DNA of 64,000 bases. Source: the human T2T-CHM13v2.0 reference genome, Homo sapiens. The stretch lies in assembly GCF_009914755.1 (NCBI RefSeq), contig NC_060946.1; one strand, written 5' to 3'. This document shows, one piece after another, positions 36,309 through 57,278 of this stretch. Each line of letters starts with the position of its first letter. Position 1 is the stretch's first letter. Below the pieces are notes generated by a model. It did no database searches, was not told where the DNA came from, and was given only the letters and a program-made list of their open reading frames with translations. The translations under genes were made by a program, and so were the position numbers.

Positions 36309-38433
36309 TTATATATGGCATATATTATATGTTATGGAATATGCTTTATATGTAATATATAACCTCATATATATCATATGTCATAATACATAATATTTAT
36401 CCTATGTCATCTTATATATATTACGTATATTACATAACGTATATAATATATAATACATATTATGCATCTTAAATATGAAAATATATAATTATTGATAACA
36501 TAACATATAGTTATATATAATATGATATATAACGTATATACTATATCATATGTGATATATAATATATATATTTTTATTACATATTATAATTTATATATAT
36601 TATAATTTATATAAAGATATAATTATTTATGTAATATAAATAATTATATATAATTATATAATGAGGTATAATATAAATAATAATATATACGATTACATAT
36701 TTATGTAGTTATCTGTATAAAAATATAATTATATATATAATTATATATATCATATAATAGACAACATACATATTATATAATGTATAATATATATTATACA
36801 ATATATGATACATATATGATATTTAATATATCATAATAGAATATATATTTTAATATTATGTATGTAACATATATTATGTGATATATAATATATATTACGT
36901 AATATAAAATAATACAATATAATATATATTATATTATGATATATTTTGTAAAGTATGTAATAAAATTACATATAACATAATATATAGTTATGTATAATAT
37001 AACGTATAATTATATACGTTATATTTTATATGTACATATAATATTATACAGTTATATATAATTTTGAATAGTTACATATAATGTAATATAAAACATATAT
37101 AATATATATCATAAAATATATATTTTATACCATATATAATATGTATCATATATTGTGTGTTATATGTCATATATTGTATATCATATATCGTATGTTATAT
37201 GTTATATATATCACATTCCACATATTGTGTATTATAAATTATATATAATATATGACATACATTACATTATATTTGATAAATTATACATTATATGTAACAT
37301 AGTATATATTATATGTAACATGTATATTCTATGGAAAATATATAATATATAACATATATTACATATAATTAATGACATAGACATATAATATATATTTAAT
37401 ATATGTATTATACATACAACATATTGTATATAATATATAACATATATTACATAAAATTCATAAAATATATATTGTATGTCATATTTTACATTTACAGTTA
37501 TATATTATTATATGTTATTTTATCTCATATATAACATAGAATCAATATATATTATATATAATGTATATTATATATAACATAGATATAATAGATATAATAT
37601 ATGTAATGTATATTATATATTTAATACGTATATTAACCATATAATATATTCTATATATGAAATATAATATATCTTATATATGTTATAAAATATAACGTAT
37701 ATTATGTGTCATATTGTATAAATATAATGCTTATCTATTATCAATTATTATATGACATATAATATATATAATATAAGACGCAGGATGTAAAACAATATTA
37801 TATATATGTTATATGTATTATATATACGATACTATATATTATTATATACATAATGTATATTTATATTTGTGGGTGCCCTATTCCCCATCTGATAACTTGT
37901 TGTAAGAAGCGCAGCGTAATAATGTGTGGGCTTGGGATTCTGTTTTTGAAACAAAACACTGAGCCTTCAATGACCTTTTGGTCTCTGTAAAAGCACTCCT
38001 GTCTTCCTGGCAGCTGTTGGACCTCACAAGGTGGATTGTGCCCTCACCCTGCAATGTTGATGCCCTGTCGCCATGGTGACGGGATTAGGGATCTCCTGCT
38101 CTTGGTCCTAAGGGCCACTGTCTGTGCTGTGTTTTCCAAAGGTCAGAACAGATTGAACCTTTGTGGTTTTATTTTCCCTGAGTTTGATTTTTCTCATGGG
38201 GAACCTGTGTTGCTGCTTTGAACGTATATTCATACTGGCCTTTCAAATGCCAACTCTTCATATTACTAGTTAATGCTTTCAAAATATGTTATTTAAAAAA
38301 TTATCCTCAGTATTGTCCATATGCAGTTATAAATACGTTTCATGGTTATGTTTTATTCCTCAGTTTACATATTTGATTATTGTACCAAGCAGAGTACCTT
38401 TGAAATGTTTTTCCATTTAAAAAATATGAATCT

Positions 38434-38725
<292 letters not shown>

Positions 38726-40852
38726 TTATATATGGTATATACTATATGTTATGGAATATGCTTTATATGTAATATATAACCTCATATATATTATATGTCA
38801 TAATACATAATATTTATCCTATGTCATCTTATATATATTACGTATATTACATAACGTATATAATGTATAATACATATTATGCATCTTAAATATGAAAATA
38901 TATAATTATTGATAACATAACATATAGTTATATATAATATGATATATAACGTATATACTATATCATATGTGATATATAATATATATATTTTAATTACATA
39001 TTATAATTTATATATATTATAATTTATAAAAAGATATAATTATTTATGTAATATAAATAATTATATATAATTATATAATGAGGTATAATATAAATAATAA
39101 TATATACGATTACATATTTATGTAGTTATCTGTATAAAAATATAATTATATATATAATTATATATATCATATAATAGACAACATACATATTATATAATGT
39201 ATAATATATATTATACAATATATGATACATATATGATATTTAATATAGCATAATAGAATATATATTTTAATATTATGTATGTAACATATATTATGTGATA
39301 TATAATATATATTACGTAATATAAAATAATACAATATAATATATATTATATTATGATATATTATGTAAAGTATGTAATAAAATTACATATAACATAATAT
39401 ATAGTTATGTATAATATAACGTATAATTATATACGTTATATTTTATATGTACATATAATATTATACAGTTATATATAATTTTGAATAGTTACATATAATG
39501 TAATATAAAACATATATAATATATATCATAAAATATATATTTTATGCCATATATAATATGTATCATATATTGTGTGTTATATGTCATATATTGTATATCA
39601 TATATCGTATGTTATATGTTATATATATCACATTCCACATATTGTGTATTATAAATTATATATAATATATGGCATACATTACATTATATTTGATAAATTA
39701 TACATTATATGTAACATAGTATATATTATATGTAACATGTATATTCTATGGAAAATATATAATATATAACATATATTACATATAATTAATGACATAGACA
39801 TATAATATATATTTAATATATGTATTATACATACAACATATTGTATATAATATATAACATATATTACATAAAATTCATAAAATATATATATTGTATGTCA
39901 TATTTTACATTTACAGTTATATATTATTATATGTTATTTTATCTCATATATAACATAGAAACAATATATATTATATATAATGTATATTATATATAACATA
40001 GATATAATAGATATAATATATGTAATGTATATTATATATTTAATACGTATATTAACCATATAATATATTCTATATATGAAATATAATATATCTTATATAT
40101 GTTATAAAATATAACGTATATTATGTGTCATATTGTATAAATATAATGCTTATCTATTATCAATTATTATATGACATATAATATATATAACATAAGACGC
40201 AGGATGTAAAACAATATTATATATATGTTATATGTATTATATATACGATACTATATATGATTATATACATAATGTATATTTATATTTGTGGGTGCCCTAT
40301 TCCCCATCTGATAACTTGTTGTAAGAAGCGCAGCGTAATAATGTGTGGGCTTGGGATTCTGTTTTTGAAACAAAACACTGAGCCTTCAATGACCTTTCGG
40401 TCTCTGTAAAAGCACTCCTGTCTTCCTGGCAGCTGTTGGACCTCACAAGGTGGATTGTGCCCTCACCCTGCAATGTTGATGCCCTGTCGCCATGGTGACG
40501 GGATTAGGGATCTCCTGCTCTTGGTCCTAAGGGCCACTGTCTGTGCTGTGTTTTCCAAAGGTCAGAACAGATTGAACCTTTGTGGTTTTATTTTCCCTGA
40601 GTTTGATTTTTCTCATGGGGAACCTGTGTTGCTGCTTTGAACGTATATTCATACTGGCCTTTCAAATGCCAACTCTTCATATTACTAGTTAATGCTTTCA
40701 AAATATGTTATTTAAAAAATTATCCTCAGTATTGTCCATATGCAGTTATAAATACGTTTCATGGTTATGTTTTATTCCTCAGTTTACATATTTGATTATT
40801 GTACCAAGCGGAGTACCTTTGAAATGTTTTTCCATTTAAAAAATATGAATCT

Positions 40853-41144
<292 letters not shown>

Positions 41145-43269
41145 TTATATATGGTATATACTATATGTTATGGAATATGCTTTATATGTAATATATAACC
41201 TCATATATATTATATGTCATAATACATAATATTTATCCTATGTCATCTTATATATATTACGTATATTACATAACGTATATAATATATAATACATATTATG
41301 CATCTTAAATATGAAAATATATAATTATTGATAACATAACATATAGTTATATATAATATGATATATAACGTATATACTATATCATATGTGATATATAATA
41401 TATATATTTTTATTACATATTATAATTTATATATATTATAATTTATATAAAGATATAATTATTTATGTAATATAAATAATTATATATAATTATATAATGA
41501 GGTATAATATAAATAATAATATATACGATTACATATTTATGTAGTTATCTGTATAAAAATATAATTATATATATAATTATATATCATATAATAGACAACA
41601 TACATATTATATAATGTATAATATATATTATTCAATATATGATACATATATGATATTTAATATATCATAATAGAATATATATTTTAATATTATGTATGTA
41701 ACATATATTATGTGATATATAATATATATTACGTAATATAAAATAATACAATATAATATATATTATATTATGATATATTATGTAAAGTATGTAATAAAAT
41801 TACATATAACATAATATATAGTTATGTATAATATAACGTATAATTATATACGTTATATTTTATATGTACATATAATATTATACAGTTATATATAATTTTG
41901 AATAGTTACATATAATGTAATATAAAACATATATAATATATATCATAAAATATATATTTTATACCATATATAATATGTATCATATATTGTGTGTTATATG
42001 TCATATATTGTATATCATATATCGTATGTTATATGTTATATATATCACATTCCACATATTGTGTATTATAAATTATATATAATATATGACATACATTACA
42101 TTATATTTGATAAATTATACATTATATGTAACATAGTATATATTATATGTAACATGTATATTCTATGGAAAATATATAATATATAACATATATTACATAT
42201 AATTAATGACATAGACATATAATATATATTTAATATATGTATTATACATACAACATATTGTATATAATATATAACATATATTACATAAAATTCATAAAAT
42301 ATATATATTGTATGTCATATTTTACATTTACAGTTATATATTATTATATGTTATTTTATCTCATATATAACATAGAAACAATATATATTATATATAATGT
42401 ATATTATATATAACATAGATATAATAGATATAATATATGTAATGTATATTATATATTTAATACGTATATTAACCATATAATATATTCTATATATGAAATA
42501 TAATATATCTTATATATGTCATAAAATATAACGTATATTATGTGTCATATTGTATAAATATAATGCTTATCTATTATCAATTATTATATGACATATAATA
42601 TATATAATATAAGACGCAGGATGTAAAACAATATTATATATATGTTATATGTATTATATATACGATACTATATATGATTATATACATAATGTATATTTAT
42701 ATTTGTGGGTGCCCTATTCCCCATCTGATAACTTGTTGTAAGAAGCGCAGCGTAATAATGTGTGGGCTTGGGATTCTGTTTTTGAAACAAAACACTGAGC
42801 CTTCAATGACCTTTCGGTCTCTGTAAAAGCACTCCTGTCTTCCTGGCAGCTGTTGGACCTCACAAGGTGGATTGTGCCCTCACCCTGCAATGTTGATGCC
42901 CTGTCGCCATGGTGACGGGATTAGGGATCTCCTGCTCTTGGTCCTAAGGGCCACTGTCTGTGCTGTGTTTTCCAAAGGTCAGAACAGATTGAACCTTTGT
43001 GGTTTTATTTTCCCTGAGTTTGATTTTTCTCATGGGGAACCTGTGTTGCTGCTTTGAACGTATATTCATACTGGCCTTTCAAATGCCAACTCTTCATATT
43101 ACTAGTTAATGCTTTCAAAATATGTTATTTAAAAAATTATCCTCAGTATTGTCCATATGCAGTTATAAATACGTTTCATGGTTATGTTTTATTCCTCAGT
43201 TTACATATTTGATTATTGTACCAAGCGGAGTACCTTTGAAATGTTTTTCCATTTAAAAAATATGAATCT

Positions 43270-43561
<292 letters not shown>

Positions 43562-45688
43562 TTATATATGGTATATACTATATGTTATGGAATATGCTTT
43601 ATATGTAATATATAACCTCATATATATTATATGTCATAATACATAATATTTATCCTATGTCATCTTATATATATTACGTATATTACATAACGTATATAAT
43701 ATATAATACATATTATGCATCTTAAATATGAAAATATATAATTATTGATAACATAACATATAGTTATATATAATATGATATATAACGTATATACTATATC
43801 ATATGTGATATATAATATATATATTTTTATTACATATTATAATTTATATATATTATAATTTATATAAAGATATAATTATTTATGTAATATAAATAATTAT
43901 ATATAATTATATAATGAGGTATAATATAAATAATAATATATACGATTACATATTTATGTAGTTATCTGTATAAAAATATAATTATATATATAATTATATA
44001 TATCATATAATAGACAACATACATATTATATAATGTATAATATATATTATACAATATATGATACATATATGATATTTAATATATCATAATAGAATATATA
44101 TTTTAATATTATGTATGTAACATATATTATGTGATATATAATATATATTACGTAATATAAAATAATACAATATAATATATATTATATTATGATATATTAT
44201 GTAAAGTATGTAATAAAATTACATATAACATAATATATAGTTATGTATAATATAACGTATAATTATATACGTTATATTTTATATGTACATATAATATTAT
44301 ACAGTTATATATAATTTTGAATAGTTACATATAATGTAATATAAAACATATATAATATATATCATAAAATATATATTTTATACCATATATAATATGTATC
44401 ATATATTGTGTGTTATATGTCATATATTGTATATCATATATCGTATGTTATATGTTATATATATCACATTCCACATATTGTGTATTATAAATTATATATA
44501 ATATATGACATACATTACATTATATTTGATAAATTATACATTATATGTAACATAGTATATATTATATGTAACATGTATATTCTATGGAAAATATATAATA
44601 TATAACATATATTACATATAATTAATGACATAGACATATAATATATATTTAATATATGTATTATACATACAACATATTGTATATAATATATAACATATAT
44701 TACATAAAATTCATAAAATATATATATTGTATGTCATATTTTACATTTACAGTTATATATTATTATATGTTATTTTATCTCATATATAACATAGAAACAA
44801 TATATATTATATATAATGTATATTATATATAACATAGATATAATAGATATAATATATGTAATGTATATTATATATTTAATACGTATATTAACCATATAAT
44901 ATATTCTATATATGAAATATAATATATCTTATATATGTCATAAAATATAACGTATATTATGTGTCATATTGTATAAATAGAATGCTTATCTATTATCAAT
45001 TATTATATGACATATAATATATATAATATAAGACGCAGGATGTAAAACAATATTATATATATGTTATATGTATTATATATACGATACTATATATTATTAT
45101 ATACATAATGTATATTTATATTTGTGGGTGCCCTATTCCCCATCTGATAACTTGTTGTAAGAAGCGCAGCGTAATAATGTGTGGGCTTGGGATTCTGTTT
45201 TTGAAACAAAACACTGAGCCTTCAATGACCTTTCGGTCTCTGTAAAAGCACTCCTGTCTTCCTGGCAGCTGTTGGACCTCACAAGGTGGATTGTGCCCTC
45301 ACCCTGCAATGTTGATGCCCTGTCGCCATGGTGACGGGATTAGGGATCTCCTGCTCTTGGTCCTAAGGGCCACTGTCTGTGCTGTGTTTTCCAAAGGTCA
45401 GAACAGATTGAACCTTTGTGGTTTTATTTTCCCTGAGTTTGATTTTTCTCATGGGGAACCTGTGTTGCTGCTTTGAACGTATATTCATACTGGCCTTTCA
45501 AATGCCAACTCTTCATATTACTAGTTAATGCTTTCAAAATATGTTATTTAAAAAATGATCCTCAGTATTGTCCATATGCAGTTATAAATACGTTTCATGG
45601 TTATGTTTTATTCCTCAGTTTACATATTTGATTATTGTACCAAGCAGAGTACCTTTGAAATGTTTTTCCATTTAAAAAATATGAATCT

Positions 45689-45979
<291 letters not shown>

Positions 45980-47571
45980 TTATATATGGTATATACTATA
46001 TGTTATGGAATATGCTTTATATGTAATATATAACCTCATATATATTATATGTCATAATACATAATATTTATCCTATGTCATCTTATATATATTATGTATA
46101 TTACATAACGTATATAATATATAATACATATTATGCATCTTATATATGAAAATATATAATTATAGATAACATAACATATAGTTATATATAATATGATATA
46201 TAACATATATACTATATCATATGTAATATATAATATATATATTTTTATTACATATTATAATTTATATTTATTATAATTTATATAATGATATAATTATTTA
46301 TATAATGTAAATAATTATATATAATTATATAATGAGGTATAATATAAATAATAATATATATGATTACATATTTATATAGTTATATATATAAAAATATAAT
46401 TATATATATAATTATATATATGAAAATATAATTATATATATAATTATATATATCATATAATAGACAACATACATATTATATAATGTATAATATACATTAT
46501 ACAACATATGATACATATATGATATTTAATATATCATAATGGAATATATATTTTAATATTATGTATGTAACATATATTATGTGATATATAATATATATTA
46601 TGTAATATAAAATAATATAATACATATTATATTATGATATATTATATAAAGTATGTAATAAAATTATATATAACATAATGTATAGTTATGTATAATATAA
46701 CATATAATTATATACATTATATTATATATGTACATATAATATTATACAGTTATATATAATTTTAAATAGTTATCTGTAATACAATATAAAACATATTTAG
46801 TATATAACATAAAATATATATTGTATACCATATATAATATGTATCATATATTGTGTGTTATATGTCATATATTGTATGTCATATATCATATATTATATGT
46901 TATATATATCACATTCCACATATTGTATTTTATAAATTATATATAATATATGACATACACTACATTATATTTGATAAATTATACATTATATGTAACATAG
47001 AATATATTATATGTAACATGTATATTCTATGGAAAATATATAATATATAACATATATTACATATAATTAATAACATAGACATATAATATATATTTAATAT
47101 ATGTATTATACATACAACATATTATATATATAATATATAATATATATTACATAAAAGTCACAAAATATAATATATATTATATGTCATATTTTACATATAC
47201 ACTTATATATTATTACATGTTATTTTATCTTATATATAACATAGAAACAATATATATTATATATAATGTATATTATATATAACATAGATATAATAGATAT
47301 AATATATGTAATGTATATTATATATTTAATACGTATATTAACCATATAATATATTCTATATATGAAATATAATATATCCTATATATGTCATAAAATATAA
47401 CGTATATTATGTGTCATATTGTATAAATATAATGCTTATCTATTATCAATTATTATATGACATATAATATATATAATATAAGACGCAGGATGTAAAACAA
47501 TATTATATATATGTTATATGTATTATATATACGCTACTATATATTACTATATACATAATGTATATATATAT
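45980..47571. repeat. Divergent AT-rich block, 2450-bp subtype, copy 1
   Basis: 32-bp duplication, 5-bp deletion and many substitutions relative to the majority units. Confidence 0.9.
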
Positions 47572-48138
47572 TTGTGGGTGCCCTATTCCCCATCTGATAA
47601 CTTGTTGTAAGAAGCGCAGCATAATAGTGTGTGGGCTTGGGATTCTGTTTTTGAAACAAAATACTGAGCCTTCAATGACCTTTCGGTCTCTGTAAAAGCA
47701 CTCCTGTCTTCCTGGCAGCTGTTGGACCTCACAATGTGGATTGTGCCCTCACCCTGCAATGTTGACGCCCTGTCGCCATGGTGACGGGATTAGGGATCTC
47801 CTGCTCTTGGTCCTAAGGGCCACTGTCTGTGCTGTGTTTTCAGAAGGTCAGAACAGATTGAACCTTTGTGGTTTTATTTTCCCTGAGTTTGATTTTTCTC
47901 ATGGGGAACCTGTGTTGCTGCTTTGAACGTATATTCATACTGGCCTTTCAAATGCCAACTCTTCATATTACTAGTTAATGCTTTCAAAATATGTTATTTA
48001 AAAAATTATCCTCAGTATTGTCCATATGCAGTTATAAATACGTTTCATGGTTATGTTTTATTCCTCAGTTTACATATTTGATTATTGTACCAAGCAGAGT
48101 ACCTTTGAAATGTTTTTCCATTTAAAAAATATGAATCT

Positions 48139-48430
<292 letters not shown>

Positions 48431-50557
48431 TTATATATGGTATATACTATATGTTATGGAATATGCTTTATATGTAATATATAACCTCATATATATTATA
48501 TGTCATAATACATAATATTTATCCTATGTCATCTTATATATATTACGTATATTACATAACGTATATAATATATAATACATATTATGCATCTTAAATATGA
48601 AAATATATAATTATTGATAACATAACATATAGTTATATATAATATGATATATAACGTATATGCTATATCATATGTGATATATAATATATATATTTTTATT
48701 ACATATTATAATTTATATATATTATAATTTATATAAAGATATAATTATTTATGTAATATAAATAATTATATATAATTATATAATGAGGTATAATATAAAT
48801 AATAATATATACGATTACATATTTATGTAGTTATCTGTATAAAAATATAATTATATATATAATTATATATATCATATAATAGACAACATACATATTATAT
48901 AATGTATAATATATATTATACAATATATGATACATATATGATATTTAATATATCATAATAGAATATATATTTTAATATTATGTATGTAACATATATTATG
49001 TGATATATAATATATATTACGTAATATAAAATAATACAATATAATATATATTATATTATGATATATTATGTAAAGTATGTAATAAAATTACATATAACAT
49101 AATATATAGTTATGTATAATATAACGTATAATTATATACGTTATATTTTATATGTACATATAATATTATACAGTTATATATAATTTTGAATAGTTACATA
49201 TAATGTAATATAAAACATATATAATATATATCATAAAATATATATTTTATACCATATATAATATGTATCATATATTGTGTGTTATATGTCATATATTGTA
49301 TATCATATATCGTATGTTATATGTTATATATATCACATTCCACATATTGTGTATTATAAATTATATATAATATATGACATACATTACATTATATTTGATA
49401 AATTATACATTATATGTAACATAGTATATATTATATGTAACATGTATATTCTATGGAAAATATATAATATATAACATATATTACATATAATTAATGACAT
49501 AGACATATAATATATATTTAATATATGTATTATACATACAACATATTGTATATAATATATAACATATATTACATAAAATTCATAAAATATATATATTGTA
49601 TGTCATATTTTACATTTACAGTTATATATTATTATATGTTATTTTATCTCATATATAACATAGAAACAATATATATTATATATAATGTATATTATATATA
49701 ACATAGATATAATAGATATAATATATGTAATGTATATTATATATTTAATACGTATATTAACCATATAATATATTCTATATATGAAATATAATATATCTTA
49801 TATATGTCATAAAATATAACGTATATTATGTGTCATATTGTATAAATAGAATGCTTATCTATTATCAATTATTATATGACATATAATATATATAATATAA
49901 GACGCAGGATGTAAAACAATATTATATATATGTTATATGTATTATATATACGATACTATATATTATTATATACATAATGTATATTTATATTTGTGGGTGC
50001 CCTATTCCCCATCTGATAACTTGTTGTAAGAAGCGCAGCGTAATAATGTGTGGGCTTGGGATTCTGTTTTTGAAACAAAACACTGAGCCTTCAATGACCT
50101 TTCGGTCTCTGTAAAAGCACTCCTGTCTTCCTGGCAGCTGTTGGACCTCACAAGGTGGATTGTGCCCTCACCCTGCAATGTTGATGCCCTGTCGCCATGG
50201 TGACGGGATTAGGGATCTCCTGCTCTTGGTCCTAAGGGCCACTGTCTGTGCTGTGTTTTCCAAAGGTCAGAACAGATTGAACCTTTGTGGTTTTATTTTC
50301 CCTGAGTTTGATTTTTCTCATGGGGAACCTGTGTTGCTGCTTTGAACGTATATTCATACTGGCCTTTCAAATGCCAACTCTTCATATTACTAGTTAATGC
50401 TTTCAAAATATGTTATTTAAAAAATTATCCTCAGTATTGTCCATATGCAGTTATAAATACGTTTCATGGTTATGTTTTATTCCTCAGTTTACATATTTGA
50501 TTATTGTACCAAGCAGAGTACCTTTGAAATGTTTTTCCATTTAAAAAATATGAATCT

Positions 50558-50849
<292 letters not shown>

Positions 50850-52976
50850 TTATATATGGTATATACTATATGTTATGGAATATGCTTTATATGTAATATA
50901 TAACCTCATATATATTATATGTCATAATACATAATATTTATCCTATGTCATCTTATATATATTACGTATATTACATAACGTATATAATGTATAATACATA
51001 TTATGCATCTTAAATATGAAAATATATAATTATTGATAACATAACATATAGTTATATATAATATGATATATAACGTATATACTATATCATATGTGATATA
51101 TAATATATATATTTTAATTACATATTATAATTTATATATATTATAATTTATAAAAAGATATAATTATTTATGTAATATAAATAATTATATATAATTATAT
51201 AATGAGGTATAATATAAATAATAATATATACGATTACATATTTATGTAGTTATCTGTATAAAAATATAATTATATATATAATTATATATATCATATAATA
51301 GACAACATACATATTATATAATGTATAATATATATTATACAATATATGATACATATATGATATTTAATATAGCATAATAGAATATATATTTTAATATTAT
51401 GTATGTAACATATATTATGTGATATATAATATATATTACGTAATATAAAATAATACAATATAATATATATTATATTATGATATATTATGTAAAGTATGTA
51501 ATAAAATTACATATAACATAATATATAGTTATGTATAATATAACGTATAATTATATACGTTATATTTTATATGTACATATAATATTATACAGTTATATAT
51601 AATTTTGAATAGTTACATATAATGTAATATAAAACATATATAATATATATCATAAAATATATATTTTATGCCATATATAATATGTATCATATATTGTGTG
51701 TTATATGTCATATATTGTATATCATATATCGTATGTTATATGTTATATATATCACATTCCACATATTGTGTATTATAAATTATATATAATATATGGCATA
51801 CATTACATTATATTTGATAAATTATACATTATATGTAACATAGTATATATTATATGTAACATGTATATTCTATGGAAAATATATAATATATAACATATAT
51901 TACATATAATTAATGACATAGACATATAATATATATTTAATATATGTATTATACATACAACATATTGTATATAATATATAACATATATTACATAAAATTC
52001 ATAAAATATATATATTGTATGTCATATTTTACATTTACAGTTATATATTATTACATGTTATTTTATCTTATATATAACATAGAAACAATATATATTATAT
52101 ATAATGTATATTATATATAACATAGATATAATAGATATAATATATGTAATGTATATTATATATTTAATACGTATATTAACCATATAATATATTCTATATA
52201 TGATATATAATATATCCTATATATGTCATAAAATATAACGTATATTATGTGTCATATTGTATAAATATAATGCTTATCTATTATCAATTATTATATGACA
52301 TATAATATATATAATATAAGACGCAGGATGTAAAACAATATTATATATATGTTATATGTATTATATATACGATACTATATATGATTATATACATAATGTA
52401 TATTTATATTTGTGGGTGCCCTATTCCCCATCTGATAACTTGTTGTAAGAAGCGCAGCGTAATAATGTGTGGGCTTGGGATTCTGTTTTTGAAACAAAAT
52501 ACTGAGCCTTCAATGACCTTTCGGTCTCTGTAAAAGCACTCCTGTCTTCCTGGCAGCTGTTGGACCTCACAATGTGGATTGTGCCCTCACCCTGCAATGT
52601 TGACGCCCTGTCGCCATGGTGACGGGATTAGGGATCTCCTGCTCTTGGTCCTAAGGGCCACTGTCTGTGCTGTGTTTTCAGAAGGTCAGAACAGATTGAA
52701 CCTTTGTGGTTTTATTTTCCCTGAGTTTGATTTTTCTCATGGGGAACCTGTGTTGCTGCTTTGAACGTATATTCATACTGGCCTTTCAAATGCCAACTCT
52801 TCATATTACTAGTTAATGCTTTCAAAATATGTTATTTAAAAAATTATCCTCAGTATTGTCCATATGCAGTTATAAATACGTTTCATGGTTATGTTTTATT
52901 CCTCAGTTTACATATTTGATTATTGTACCAAGCGGAGTACCTTTGAAATGTTTTTCCATTTAAAAAATATGAATCT

Positions 52977-53268
<292 letters not shown>

Positions 53269-55395
53269 TTATATATGGTATATACTATATGTTATGGAAT
53301 ATGCTTTATATGTAATATATAACCTCATATATATTATATGTCATAATACATAATATTTATCCTATGTCATCTTATATATATTACGTATATTACATAACGT
53401 ATATAATATATAATACATATTATGCATCTTAAATATGAAAATATATAATTATTGATAACATAACATATAGTTATATATAATATGATATATAACGTATATG
53501 CTATATCATATGTGATATATAATATATATATTTTTATTACATATTATAATTTATATATATTATAATTTATATAAAGATATAATTATTTATGTAATATAAA
53601 TAATTATATATAATTATATAATGAGGTATAATATAAATAATAATATATACGATTACATATTTATGTAGTTATCTGTATAAAAATATAATTATATATATAA
53701 TTATATATATCATATAATAGACAACATACATATTATATAATGTATAATATATATTATTCAATATATGATACATATATGATATTTAATATATCATAATAGA
53801 ATATATATTTTAATATTATGTATGTAACATATATTATGTGATATATAATATATATTACGTAATATAAAATAATACAATATAATATATATTATATTATGAT
53901 ATATTATGTAAAGTATGTAATAAAATTACATATAACATAATATATAGTTATGTATAATATAACGTATAATTATATACGTTATATTTTATATGTACATATA
54001 ATATTATACAGTTATATATAATTTTGAATAGTTACATATAATGTAATATAAAACATATATAATATATATCATAAAATATATATTTTATACCATATATAAT
54101 ATGTATCATATATTGTGTGTTATATGTCATATATTGTATATCATATATCGTATGTTATATGTTATATATATCACATTCCACATATTGTGTATTATAAATT
54201 ATATATAATATATGACATACATTACATTATATTTGATAAATTATACATTATATGTAACATAGTATATATTATATGTAACATGTATATTCTATGGAAAATA
54301 TATAATATATAACATATATTACATATAATTAATGACATAGACATATAATATATATTTAATATATGTATTATACATACAACATATTGTATATAATATATAA
54401 CATATATTACATAAAATTCATAAAATATATATATTGTATGTCATATTTTACATTTACAGTTATATATTATTATATGTTATTTTATCTCATATATAACATA
54501 GAAACAATATATATTATATATAATGTATATTATATATAACATAGATATAATAGATATAATATATGTAATGTATATTATATATTTAATACGTATATTAACC
54601 ATATAATATATTCTATATATGAAATATAATATATCTTATATATGTCATAAAATATAACGTATATTATGTGTCATATTGTATAAATAGAATGCTTATCTAT
54701 TATCAATTATTATATGACATATAATATATATAATATAAGACGCAGGATGTAAAACAATATTATATATATGTTATATGTATTATATATACGATACTATATA
54801 TTATTATATACATAATGTATATTTATATTTGTGGGTGCCCTATTCCCCATCTGATAACTTGTTGTAAGAAGCGCAGCGTAATAATGTGTGGGCTTGGGAT
54901 TCTGTTTTTGAAACAAAACACTGAGCCTTCAATGACCTTTCGGTCTCTGTAAAAGCACTCCTGTCTTCCTGGCAGCTGTTGGACCTCACAAGGTGGATTG
55001 TGCCCTCACCCTGCAATGTTGATGCCCTGTCGCCATGGTGACGGGATTAGGGATCTCCTGCTCTTGGTCCTAAGGGCCACTGTCTGTGCTGTGTTTTCCA
55101 AAGGTCAGAACAGATTGAACCTTTGTGGTTTTATTTTCCCTGAGTTTGATTTTTCTCATGGGGAACCTGTGTTGCTGCTTTGAACGTATATTCATACTGG
55201 CCTTTCAAATGCCAACTCTTCATATTACTAGTTAATGCTTTCAAAATATGTTATTTAAAAAATGATCCTCAGTATTGTCCATATGCAGTTATAAATACGT
55301 TTCATGGTTATGTTTTATTCCTCAGTTTACATATTTGATTATTGTACCAAGCAGAGTACCTTTGAAATGTTTTTCCATTTAAAAAATATGAATCT

Positions 55396-55686
<291 letters not shown>

Positions 55687-57278
55687 TTATATATGGTATA
55701 TACTATATGTTATGGAATATGCTTTATATGTAATATATAACCTCATATATATTATATGTCATAATACATAATATTTATCCTATGTCATCTTATATATATT
55801 ATGTATATTACATAACGTATATAATATATAATACATATTATGCATCTTATATATGAAAATATATAATTATAGATAACATAACATATAGTTATATATAATA
55901 TGATATATAACATATATACTATATCATATGTAATATATAATATATATATTTTTATTACATATTATAATTTATATTTATTATAATTTATATAATGATATAA
56001 TTATTTATATAATGTAAATAATTATATATAATTATATAATGAGGTATAATATAAATAATAATATATATGATTACATATTTATATAGTTATATATATAAAA
56101 ATATAATTATATATATAATTATATATATGAAAATATAATTATATATATAATTATATATATCATATAATAGACAACATACATATTATATAATGTATAATAT
56201 ACATTATACAACATATGATACATATATGATATTTAATATATCATAATGGAATATATATTTTAATATTATGTATGTAACATATATTATGTGATATATAATA
56301 TATATTATGTAATATAAAATAATATAATACATATTATATTATGATATATTATATAAAGTATGTAATAAAATTATATATAACATAATGTATAGTTATGTAT
56401 AATATAACATATAATTATATACATTATATTATATATGTACATATAATATTATACAGTTATATATAATTTTAAATAGTTATCTGTAATACAATATAAAACA
56501 TATTTAGTATATAACATAAAATATATATTGTATACCATATATAATATGTATCATATATTGTGTGTTATATGTCATATATTGTATGTCATATATCATATAT
56601 TATATGTTATATATATCACATTCCACATATTGTATTTTATAAATTATATATAATATATGACATACACTACATTATATTTGATAAATTATACATTATATGT
56701 AACATAGAATATATTATATGTAACATGTATATTCTATGGAAAATATATAATATATAACATATATTACATATAATTAATAACATAGACATATAATATATAT
56801 TTAATATATGTATTATACATACAACATATTATATATATAATATATAATATATATTACATAAAAGTCACAAAATATAATATATATTATATGTCATATTTTA
56901 CATATACACTTATATATTATTACATGTTATTTTATCTTATATATAACATAGAAACAATATAAATTATATATAATGTATATTATATATAACATAGATATAA
57001 TAGTTATAATATATGTAATGTATATTATATATTTAATACGTATATTAACCATATAATATATTCTATATATGAAATATAATATATCCTATATATGTCATAA
57101 AATATAACGTATATTATGTGTCATATTGTATAAATATAATGCTTATCTATTATCAATTATTATATGACATATAATATATATAATATAAGACGCAGGATGT
57201 AAAACAATATTATATATATGTTATATGTATTATATATACGCTACTATATATTACTATATACATAATGTATATATATAT
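55687..57278. repeat. Divergent AT-rich block, 2450-bp subtype, copy 2
   Basis: Same diagnostic changes as 45980-47571. Confidence 0.9.
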
